DNA of 64,000 bases. Origin: Lytechinus pictus. Taxonomy: Eukaryota. Numbering within the stretch: the stretch's first letter is position 1; every line of letters starts with the position of its first letter. Shown piece by piece: positions 11,868-22,473 of this stretch. The stretch covers positions 24,988,001 through 25,052,000 of the forward strand of contig NC_087245.1 in the NCBI RefSeq assembly GCF_037042905.1, written 5' to 3'. The position numbers were made by a program, and so were the translations under genes. The notes beneath the pieces were generated by a model that was not told the DNA's origin, made no database searches, and was given only the letters and a program-made list of their open reading frames with translations.

Positions 11868-14800
11868 ATGGTCAGGGAAGACAAGACCACATGGAAGTCC
11901 AACTACTTCGTCAAACTCATTGTAAGCGTGAGCCTAGTGCTATCCCAATATTACAGCACTTGAAAATACTATCCACATTTGATAATTCAAGCATTTCACA
12001 ATACATGGCCACCAATGTTCGACATTAGCATTGGAGGCCTACTTTTCTTTCCACTTTGGGCCAGTGTTTTCCTAGAAAGCACATGCTGTGAATGACAATG
12101 GAAAATGAAAGAAATCCCAGGTTCAGAAAAGAATAGGGATTGATCAGGCGAACTGGCCCAGTGAGATCCCTGAAAATTGTACTTAATTGAATTTTGTTGT
12201 AATCATTCAGAATAGAAGAGAGATTTGCAATGGCATGAAGTAAGTGTATTGTGCCAACCAATCTCTTGGAAATATGTGTAACTTAACAGCATAAAAGGCA
12301 AAGTGGATGAAATGCTTGAATTGTCATTTGATTAGCTGTTCGAAATATAAAATGAGAAATTTAGAGAAATGTTTATATGATCTGTTGGGAATAAAGTTCA
12401 ATTTATAAGTTTGAATTTCTATGGACCAATTTGAATTTGATATTTGTGGTTTACATATTGTATTTATTTGTGGGGGAGGTCATTGTAGGGTAAAATTGAT
12501 TTTGAACCCTCCATTAATTGCTTGGATCTACCCTTTTGTACATGTATTTGAGAAGATTCTAACAAATTATTATTTTGAAATGAGCCCTTCATTTTTTTGA
12601 AGTTGCAAAATGTCAGACACAATAAAAATTCTGGTGAAAAATACATTTCATGCTCTTTCTCCTTTTCAGGAAAACTTAAATGAGTTTCCCAAGTGCTTCA
12701 TCGTCGGTGTTGACAATGTCGGCTCCAAGCAGATGCAGGCTATCCGTTCCTCTCTACGAGGACATGGTGTTGTCCTCATGGGCAAGAACACCATGATCCG
12801 CAAGGCCATCAGAGGACACTTGGAGAAAGATCCTGGCCTAGAGAAGTAGGTTCATACAGGTTTAGTTCCTTAAAAAAAACAGCAAAAGAAAAACAAGCAA
12901 CTTAAAAGAAAAAAATGCAGGAAAACTTGATAATTTTTTACTATTGTAAAAACCTTTTTTAAGATTAGTTTTACAGTGACTGATTAGAAAACCTGAAAAA
13001 AAGTTAATATTCATTAGACATTTTCTTACTGGGTTTGCTGAGATTACAATTGAAATCATGTTATAATGAGGGATGAAAATGAAAAAGTTAATGAAGAAGA
13101 TTGACCAGGAAATCCCATGTTCTATAGGGTTTACTAGGCCAGTTAATGAGGTTACATCAATGCTTTTTAACAGGTTTTAAGTTGTGGTGGTTTTTGGCAA
13201 GTGGGAGGAAAGATACTGTCTTTGTAGTAGACACTTCAAACAAATGCTTACCAGAAAGGGGATTAACACAATGTGTTGTGCAGGGAGTGTTGGAAGAGCT
13301 GGTTATATAAAATGAAGTGGCTACCAAGCTTTCCTTCCCTTGGTACAGTTAATGGTTATCCATATATGTCTTTTGTTAGTCAATATGTTTTAAGCATCTT
13401 TCTCCCCGTGCTTCTTTTTTTTTTCTGCAGACTCCTTCCTCACATGAAGGGCAATGTTGGTTTTGTGTTCACCAAGGGAGATTTGTTGGAAGTTCGAGAG
13501 TTGATCCTTGCCAACAAGGTAAACACACCCTACAAAAATATGTTCAGGGAGGGGATGGGGGATGTGCTTGAGTAATTATTTTAGGGTCAACTTGATGAAT
13601 TGGTAATATTTGGCTTTTGGGGAGTGTGTTTTGGTTATTATTGGGGTTGGTGCCATGTTTTATGATCATGATGACATAAGGGCACGTTGCCAGTGCGATG
13701 CATAAAGTGCCATCAGAGCCAGAAATGGCTGAACCCACTGAAGGCCCGCATCCCACGTTGACCAAAAAAACAAGCCCTTATTAACACGTCTGAATCATAA
13801 AAGAATGATGCCACTTACCTCTATAGTAGACCTTCCTAGGCCAAGGCCTATATTTCAAATTTGTTGACATTTGGGATAATTTTATGAAAATTTGCTTTTC
13901 ATTGATGCCAATCAGTTGGTATATTGCTACGTGTGATTATTAAATAATGTTATAACACCTTTAATAAGCACAAAGTTTCAAAGCACAGCCCATCTTTAAA
14001 ATGCTCCATGGTTGTTGCTAGAAAAGATGTTGTTTGAGCTATATATATATGAATAGTATACTTTGATCTATCAGATTTGATTTAACTTAGATGAGCTGCA
14101 AATATGATATTGAGTATGGATTGAATTCAAAGTGAATCCAAAATGTAAAAACCTGCCAAATGGGAAGTATGGCCATGAATTTTGAGCTTGCCTATTTTGT
14201 GTTACATCACCCAAATCTAATGAAAGCACATTGTTATCAAGCAAGATTTTTTTCTCTCCTGTCACTATATAAAAACAAATCGCCTCCTGCCCCCTTTGCA
14301 TTAATCTTATAAGAACAGTTGCAGCTGCATTGTCAGGAGGAACATTGTACTGGTAAGCTAAACATTTAAATGGCTATTGTGATTTTTCTTTTTTTTACAA
14401 ATAGCTTCCTATAAATGTATGTTTACACTTGTCCACAATGTTGTCTTGAACAGGTTGCTGCCCCAGCCAAGGCCGGTGCTCTTGCACCCATCGATGTGTT
14501 CATTGATGGCCACAACACTGGTTTGGGACCCGAGAAGACCTCCTTCTTCCAGGCTCTCTCCATCGCCACCAAGATCGCCAGGGGAACCATTGAAATCTTG
14601 GTAAGAATCTGGTCTCTTCATGTTGATTATCGAGAAGGAGAAAAGGATATTAATAGGATCAAGGCATAAATTTGAAGAGATGGGGGGGGGGTCCAAAGTA
14701 GGCAATCTCCATCAAAGAGTCGAGTATTTACTTGAGGTAACTGGTAATGATGATCTGAGGGCATGTTGCCAGTGCGATGCATAAAGTGCCATCAGAGCCA

Positions 14801-17398
14801 GAAATGGCTGAACCCACTGAAGGCCAGCATCCCACGTTGACCAAAAACCAGCCCCTGATAATGTGTCTGAGCCAGTTTCCTTTGTTGACAAGAGCCTTTC
14901 TGAAATGGAGCAGCCAAGTTCATTGTAGAATTTCTTTGTCATTGTAGTACATAGTTTGCTATTTCAGAGGAATGTTAGTGTGGTCTTTATACACGATTAC
15001 CAACAGATTTTAAACAAGTTCTCTTTTTCCCTTCCAATGGAATGGACTCGGATGCCCTTGTCTGTGCTCCTGCGACATTTGCTCCAATCGTAATTTATCA
15101 GAGGGCACAGGGTTCGAGTTCGGATTGTAATAGTTTTTGGTTTAGAATAATGTACAGATAAATAATAGGTTTATGTAGTCATGGAGGTTCGGTTTTATGT
15201 TTGGCATATCATGCAAACTTCCCAGCAATTGTTGCTGAAACAATGACATGGAACCGTGTTACTTGATGAGTGTAATCAATTGTTCAGTTCTTTAGTTCTG
15301 GGCCCGTCAAAGAGTTACTATCGATCCAATCAATCGTAACTCTATGGAAATCCATCAGTGTCATAATTTCTTCTACAGGAAATTTGTAAAGAAATGTCCT
15401 TTGTAAACAAAGGAGAACACACCAAATTGTCAAGAAATAAATGAATTTATAGATATACATTCATATCTAGAAAAAATTTTGAACAAACATGGCATTTTAT
15501 ATGTTGACGTTGCTGGCCGTCCATAGTTGCAATTGATCGGATCAATCTCAACTCTTTGTAAGATGGGGCCCAGAAATATAGTGTTATTCACTTTGTTATT
15601 GAATATGTATTTTGTCCTACAGAACAAGGTACATCTGATCAAGAAGGATGAGAAGGTAGGAGCTTCTGAGGCTACCCTGCTTCAGATGTTGAAGATCTTC
15701 CCATTTTCATATGGTCTCCAGATTCGCCAAGGTGAGTCTTCAGGGATTCCCTACTACTACTCAAATAACATGCTTGTTATTCAATGCCTGAAACAAGTTG
15801 AAGTTCTTCTGAATTCATTTAGTGCTTTATTCGCATCTAATAGAATGAAATCAATATTCTATGGATTTCTATTCAGATCGTTATTTGTTTTTTGTTATAA
15901 ACTAGCTTTTAGAGGATATTATAGTGAAATCTGTTTGTAGCTTTGTTAATTGCCTCTTATTTGCAATGTAGGTATAGCTTTATTGTACTGACTTGTTTGT
16001 GTTCTAGTTCTTATTTAAATTGTTATTCGTTCAATATGCAGAGTATTCCACTTTTCATCATTATTTGGGCTGAAACTAAATAAATTGTTAAAAAACAATA
16101 TTTTTTTCTAGTGAAAATATAAATTTTGTAGCATGTTTTAGATCTAAGATTCCACCTATTTTAGGAAAGCTTCAAATAAATCCAACTAGATGACACTAAC
16201 AAATAAATATGCCCCTTTGCATATACCAGAAACACAACTTGAAGCTCATTAAGTCTTCAGAACAAGACTTTGTCATGCATATCACTTAAATGAAAGAAGC
16301 TTCTTTTTTTAGAACTTGCCTACTGACTGGGCTCGTTATTATCACTGTGTTGTTTTTTGTTTGATTTCTACATCCTGCAGTGTACCAGGATGGCTCTGTA
16401 TTCCAGCCCAGTATCTTGGATATTACTGATGCTGACATTCATGCGAAGTTCATTGCCGGCGTCGCCAACGTGGCCGCACTCTGCCTGCAGATTGGCTATC
16501 CGACCCTTGCCAGCGTACCTCACTCCGTCGTCAACGGCTTCAAGAACGTCCTGGCTATTGCTGTGGCAACAGAGATCACATTCCCCCAGGCAGAGCAAGT
16601 AAGCACCTGGCCTCGTAGCTTTCCTTGGACCATTGTAGAAACACAAGTCTCTGATTGAAAATCAAGTTGCTTTGGGGGTTTAGCAATGGTCTTACGATCC
16701 AATTCAAACTGCTCGATCTACTGTAATCTAAAGCTGTTGTCATGTTATGAAATCAAACTATGTTTTCCTTTCATATTGTGCCTTTGGAGAAGCTTGGGGA
16801 ATCCAGTTGTAATTTACTAATTTGGTTGGATGGTGTATTGATGACTAGAACTATTGACCTCAGACCAGGAGAAAAGTCGTCAGGTTATTTATGAGATGCT
16901 TCCTCTTTTTAGCTTGGGAGTACATGTATTGTACATGTCATATATGCATTTTCCCCTCTAAACAGGGTCCATTTCATAGTGACTTAAAATTCTTCAAAAT
17001 TTATTATAGTAGCTTCCATTGAAATTTTGATTGTGATAGGCTGCAGAGCCCTTTTACCAAGGTAGTTGCCATAATGCCAAAGTTGCAACTGTTGTTGTAT
17101 CTCTTTTTAAAATAGGCCCTAGGATTTGGATTGAGATGGAAAGGGCATTTTGCCCATGTTGTGTTGGTATGAGATCTTGTGAGGCCATCTTCCCAAGAGT
17201 AGATAACCATCCATCTTGAATGTGTCTTTTTTTTTCACTCAATAGGCAAAGGCCTTCCTGGCTGATCCATCAGCGTTCTTGGCAGCAACTGCGGCGGCTG
17301 CTCCAGCGGCTGCTGAGGAAACAAAGGAAGAAGAACCCAAGAAGGAGGAATCCGAGGAGGAATCCGACGACGACATGGGATTCGGACTCTTTGACTAG
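11868..17398 (+). CDS. RPLP0: 60S acidic ribosomal protein P0 (uL10), 314 aa; exons 11868-11921, 12670-12845, 13431-13518, 14454-14600, 15623-15731, 16381-16598, 17246-17398
   Basis: [60 protein letters not shown]-terminal [17 protein letters not shown]. All introns GT-AG and the frame is consistent (945 nt). Confidence 0.98.
13663..13797 (+). ncRNA. SNORD22: C/D box snoRNA, U22/SNORD22-like (copy 1, RPLP0 intron 4)
   Basis: C box ATGATGA at 13668, D box CTGA at 13790, terminal stem TTTTATGAT/ATCATAAAA, ~125 nt box to box. Core CAGAGCCAGAAATGGCTGAACCCACTG resembles the vertebrate U22 core as recalled (CAGAGCC..GGUGAACCCACUG). Confidence 0.85.
14199..14347 (+). ncRNA. Candidate H/ACA box snoRNA (RPLP0 intron 4)
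   Basis: 3' hairpin CCTCCTG/CAGGAGG followed by A-ACA-TTG (ACA at 14342-14344). A-rich ANANNA-type hinge at ~14270-14279. Weaker 5' hairpin (AAATCT/AGATTT). Confidence 0.4.
14742..14874 (+). ncRNA. SNORD22: C/D box snoRNA, U22/SNORD22-like (copy 2, RPLP0 intron 5)
   Basis: C box ATGATGA at 14747, D box CTGA at 14867, terminal stem AACTGGT/GCCAGTT. Core nearly identical to copy 1. Confidence 0.85.
15298..15573. mobile_element. MITE (PIF/Harbinger-like), same family as 24533-24811
   Basis: Inverted termini CTGGGCCCGTC..AAAGAGTTAC ... CAACTCTTTGTAAGATGGGGCCCAG; near-identical second copy in the window. Confidence 0.8.
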
Positions 17399-17748
17399 CC
17401 AACTTGCTCTCATCGACTCACTAGCTTGCAGTAAAATGGGACAAGAACAACCTCAACCTTCTGATGAGTTTGATAAATTGGTGCACTCCTTGTGAATGCT
17501 AGTGGACTATTGGTCTGCTCTGCCATTCACCATTATTTCATAAACACTTTCAAGAAAATGATATCTTCTGCAAGTTAATGATGGCAGTCCATCTTCTGCA
17601 CATGAACTCTTGTTTTGGTAAAGACAGAGCTTATAAGCTTAACTCCAAAGTTGTTAATTTCTCAGTATTTTCATAGTCCCTTTTTACTGCATGTTTGTGA
17701 TTGCAAGCATATGGGATGAACATTTTAGTTTCAATGTGTGATGAGATG

Positions 17749-17754
17749 AATAAA
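17749..17754 (+). terminator. Probable RPLP0 polyadenylation signal
   Basis: AATAAA ~350 nt downstream of the stop codon, followed by a GT/T-rich stretch. Confidence 0.6.
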
Positions 17755-17789
17755 TTATACCAACTACAATTCATTCAATGAAATACGTT

Positions 17790-19100
17790 ATTTGTGTGTA
17801 CATTGCTAGGGATCACATGATATAGACGACAGCAAATAGTGTTTTACAAATCACTTCTCAAACAAACTCAAAGGTCGACCCAAGTGCCATATGGGGAAAG
17901 AGGGCTAAAGCAAGTTCAGTATTGTGTGACTGATCTCTGTTGTGTGAGGAGTGTGGAAATTGGATTCACTGGAGATGCACAAAGGTGAAGTTCAAGTGAC
18001 CCAAAGTTTTGCAAGAGATTTTGTGGGGAAGATGCCAGAGAAGAGATCGAGAAGCCTGAAGTTTAGGCGGATTTACAGCTGTACCTTTACTGTTGCAATT
18101 AAATGCATCTGATGCTGGGAGACTACAGTGAGTGCGAGGCAACCACCCCCTATACACTCCCATCTTGCTTTAATTGTCATTTTCTTTTTATCAACTCCAA
18201 TGTGGTGCAGGTTTTTCGTACAAGAAATTGCCGTCAGACGATTGTCAACAAAAAGGGGGGGGGAAGGCTTTTAAAGCAAGGCTAGTGTTTGGGCGGTGGC
18301 TGCTTGTAGTCTCGCTGCATCTGACGTTGTGCGTAACAGCAGCATGCAGACTTGTATTAGCAAAGAAATAGTTGCAGCCCCCGTCTCGATTATAGACAAA
18401 GGTTGTGGGTGGTGGTGGTTGATGCAAGTCTGCTGTGACAGGTAGAGCGAGATTAAGATGGGCGAGAATGGAGAGTTGTTGCATGGGATAAGATTTTCTT
18501 TGAAGGGGAAGAGAATAGTGTATAAGAGTTGTGCAAGATTAACGATGCTGGGTATGAGTGAGACAATGGCCCGAATTCCTAAAGATGGTTTTGAAAACCA
18601 TTGGCTGAACCCATGGTTTATGCAGATTTCCTGTATAAATTATGTTTATTTATTGCGTATATTAGCAAAATGTCCAAGGCTGATGCGCGCTCGTCACAAT
18701 GCGCCAAATTTACGACCGTTGCCATGCTTATGTATGCTATTTTATTCAGGAGTTCACAGTTCTGAAGAGTAGACTCAAAGCAGTGGACTCGCGAATAAAA
18801 CAACATACCATGGCAACAGCCATCAATTTACCGCCCTGTGATAAAAGCTTGCATCAGCATTGGACATTTTTCTAATATAGACTACGCGGTAAATAAACAT
18901 AATTTATACATATATATGCGTAAACCATGGGTTCAATCGATGGTTTTCAAAACCGCCCTTGGAAATTTGGGCCATTGTGTTTGATTGAAAATGATTGTGA
19001 GGACAGAGAGCGATGTTCTAAGTCTAGGCGATGAATAAGAAGGCAGAGCACTTAATGTACATGTTGGGGTTTGGAAGGAGAGGTGGACCAGTTTGGTGAA
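17790..19100 (+). pseudogene. Highly degenerate non-LTR retrotransposon (RTE-like) ORF C-terminal relic, interrupted by a MITE
   Basis: Frame-shifted peptides SLLCEECGNWIHWRCTKVK, GCKSAVTGRARLRW and GELLHGIRFSLKGKRIVYKSCARLTMLGMSET resemble the RT thumb-region KGxxYxxCVRxxMLYGSETW signature. Confidence 0.6.
18568..18973. mobile_element. ~400-bp palindromic MITE nested in the LINE relic
   Basis: TGGCCCGAATTCCTAAAGATGGTTTTGAAAACCAT ... ATGGTTTTCAAAACCGCCCTTGGAAATTTGGGCCA; arms pair over ~100 bp. Confidence 0.8.
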
Positions 19101-19221
19101 AGCAAATTTGATCACAATATTTTGCAAATTAATATTTTTCAATACATCCTTGAGTGAACAGATAAGCCATCCTTGTAGTTGGGGGTTGGATTTCTTGGAA
19201 TGACCCCCCCCCCCCCCCCCC

Positions 19222-19255
<34 letters not shown>

Positions 19256-20637
19256 AATATATAAATAAAATAAAATAACTAAATAAAATAAAGCATAAAT
19301 AAAAAAACAAAAAAAAAAAATGAATAAATAAATGAAAGATTGAGTGAGTGAATTGAATCAATCAAATAGAATAAAATCGAATAAAAATATAATTATAAAT
19401 ATACATGTAATTAATATTTCATAATGAACAAATGGAAAAAATGATCTATAATTGGACTCTAACCTTAATAGTCCCAGGGGGCAATATGCCCCCCTGTCAT
19501 TTTTTGGCAGGTTTTTTTTAATTATCAATTTATCATCATAGTACATTTACTTTTTACGAAGAGTTGGGGGTGTACTGTGTTGTGCTATAAGTGAGTGTAC
19601 AGGGTTCCAAACAAAATGACTACAAAGGTTCACACATTCACTCTTGACAATTATTTTGTTCTGACAAATCATTAAAAGATACAATCATGACAAGAAAGCA
19701 TGGAAATCTGTAATGGCAACCAAATTTATTAACATATCCATTTTAAAGTGATCCACAAAATCACTTCATCAAGCAACAAACTGCTGTATCCTCATCACAT
19801 TCCAATTCGACATGTTACGTAGTAAAGAAATATATGCACCAAAATTCAGTTTAAAAAAAAGATAATCATACTTAAATCTAGTAAATTGTATATGCCGGTG
19901 CATTAATAATGAATTTATCGAAGGTGGTATTAAAAGACTGACCAGTGACTATCAGATGTAAAACATAGTTGGTAAGTCTCATTGGAAATTCAATAAATAC
20001 CAGAGGTAGTCTGGCACAGCTTAAAAGAGGATAAATTTTCATCAAAATAACAGGAGATTATGTTTTTAATGCAGTGCCAATTCTCCATTACCATACCTAC
20101 AAATTCTATCATCAATCTGGGGATCAGCATTTGTTAATAACGATAACATTCATTATTAAAACGCTTTCATCATTAATTGTGAAAATGATCTCAAAATTAG
20201 TTTGAACAGAATCCAATGAAATTACCACCTAAGTGTTTGTATGTATAAATAATAAATAGTTGCCAAATGGCTCTGGAAGAAAATGCGTTAATTGCTGAGA
20301 AATGAGCAAAATAAGCACGGAATTCCATTGAATGTTGGGTATTTTTCAAAGCAATATTAATGCAATGTCCCACACACGCTTTTCTGTGTAAGGGATCATC
20401 AGAATTATCGATTTTGAGCTAAGATTTCATGATTTTACAAAGGTAAGTTTACAGTAATGTACCAGATCTAGATGTATGATAATATTTTGAAAATTAACCT
20501 TGATTTCAAAGACTTTTTCATGAAAAAAATGTTTGCTGCAACTACTGTCTTTTGCCTTTAAGTGTACTAAAGCTTATAAACTTATAAATAAGATACAGTT
20601 AGATTTGCTTAGGTGGAACAGTAGGCCAAGTGTAAGT

Positions 20638-20779
20638 CCAGGGGAGCGTTTCATGAAAGGACTTGTCCCATTTTATCCGACAGTTACTATAGTAACAGTG
20701 CCTCTCAGCCAATCAGAATCAAGGAAAGATGTCAGATCTGACAACTTGTCGGACAAAAATGTTGATGAAACGGTCCCCC
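20638..20779. mobile_element. Short MITE; related element at 38403-38552
   Basis: Inverted termini GGGGAGCGTTTCATGAA ... TTGATGAAACGGTCCCC. Confidence 0.65.
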
Positions 20780-21443
20780 GAACATTGAAAGTCATGCATT
20801 ATACATGTCAAACTTGACCTAAATATCAAATAGATCTCCATGGATCCTAACATTCAACGTAGACAGACTAGCCTGCATAAGATATAAAGTGGACATTTTA
20901 AAAATAAGGAAACCCAGATTTGATAAAAAGTAACCATAAGCCCCCAGTATTGGCATTCAAAAGACATGATGAAATGATAAGGATTTTCAATTGAGCTGAA
21001 ATGTTCATTTAAAAAAAAGGTTGTGCACACCCCCCCTCCCATCCATCTCACACACATGTTCTCGAGTCTTGTCATCAATGTTCATTATGTGTCTTCAGCA
21101 TTACAGCAAACCAACTGCAATTTTACATATTTTCAAAACAATGATAGTTCATAATTCATGGGCCTAGCCTAGAAGCAAAGTGTTGGCTCTACGGTAGTAG
21201 ACAGGAATAACCGTTTCTGGGGATTTATTTAACAACATCTGACATATATATATATATGTATCGACGAGCGTAGCCAACAAAGTTCAGCGGAACAACCGAT
21301 GTACAGAGACTGAAGCTTTTGGTCTATGGCTTTAGGTGCATTTCCCTCAGTCAAATTTCAATACGGCAGAAATCTGTTTGACTTTGGCAAACTTCGACGT
21401 AAAAGATGTAAATAATACATGTCTGCATATTCTGGTGTGAAAA

Positions 21444-22473
21444 AACAAGTGGAGTGTATCTGGCACTCTCGCCTGAATTATGTGATTCAATGTAGCAGTA
21501 GTGCCGACTTTGAAAACTACTATAAAAATAATTATTCACAAAAAACATGTAATATCACACTACGTTCATTGACCCTAAATGACATTTGAAGTTGATCATG
21601 TGACCCAAGACTTGTCAGTGATAATTGATTACCCCCATTTCCACATTTCATAAACTATATCCATAAACTTTCAAAGTTATGATGGCAATTCAACAATTAC
21701 CCCCAAGTTCATTGACCTAAAATGATCTTTGACATTGGTCATGTAAACGGAAAATTACACAGGATGTTCAGTGATACATGTACTTGATTCCTCTTATGTC
21801 TAAGTTTTTATGAACTAGATCCATCAACTTTCAAAGTTATTATGGTAATTCAACAAATACCCCCAGCATGGCCAAAGTTCATTAACCTTAAATGACCTTT
21901 GACCTTGGCTATGTGACCTGAAATTCGCACAGTATGTTCAGTAATACTTGATTAATTGACAATTGCTCCGATGGAAAATCTGTATGTTAAGCCAAACATA
22001 AAACCTAACCTCTGAAACTTAATAAACCCTAATCCTTGTCTTTACATTATTCTGAGATAAAAACTCAACTACAATCCTAACTCTTACCATATGCCTTCTG
22101 AGATATCAAAGCCAGAGCAAATGTTGTGTCATCGATTAACCTTGTGTCCAAGTTTCATGAACTAGGTCCATATACTTTCAAAGTTATGACATTTCAAAAA
22201 CTTAACCTTAGGTTAAGATTTTGATGTTGATTCCCCAAACATGTTCATTGACCCTTAATGACCTTGGTCATGTGACCTGAAAGTCAGGCATGATGTTCAG
22301 TAATACTTGATTACCCTTATGTCCAAGTTTAATGGACTAGGTCCATATACTTTCTAAGAGATGATGACATTTCAAAAACTTAACCTTCAGATAAGATTTC
22401 AAAGTTGACGCCGCTGCCGCCATAAGAAAAGCGGCGCCTATAGCCTCCCTGTGCTATGCAGGCGAGACAAAAA
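21444..22473 (-). mobile_element. Non-autonomous Helentron-type element (HINE) with internal tandem repeats
   Basis: Minus-strand 5' end TTTTTGTCTCGCCTG; 3' end CAGGCGAGAG...CACTCCACTTGTT (subterminal inverted repeat plus short hairpin). Internal ~140-170 bp repeated units carrying GTTCATTGACC..AAATGACCTTTGACCTTGGTCATGTGACC. Confidence 0.7.

Noticed and set aside
11980..12326. Intronic RNase P/MRP RNA or telomerase RNA as the identity of the intron 2 structure
   Set aside because: No CR-I/CR-V P4 consensus (GGAARNUC / ACNNAANNCAGAC), no CCCTAA template, and no H/ACA or C/D termini.
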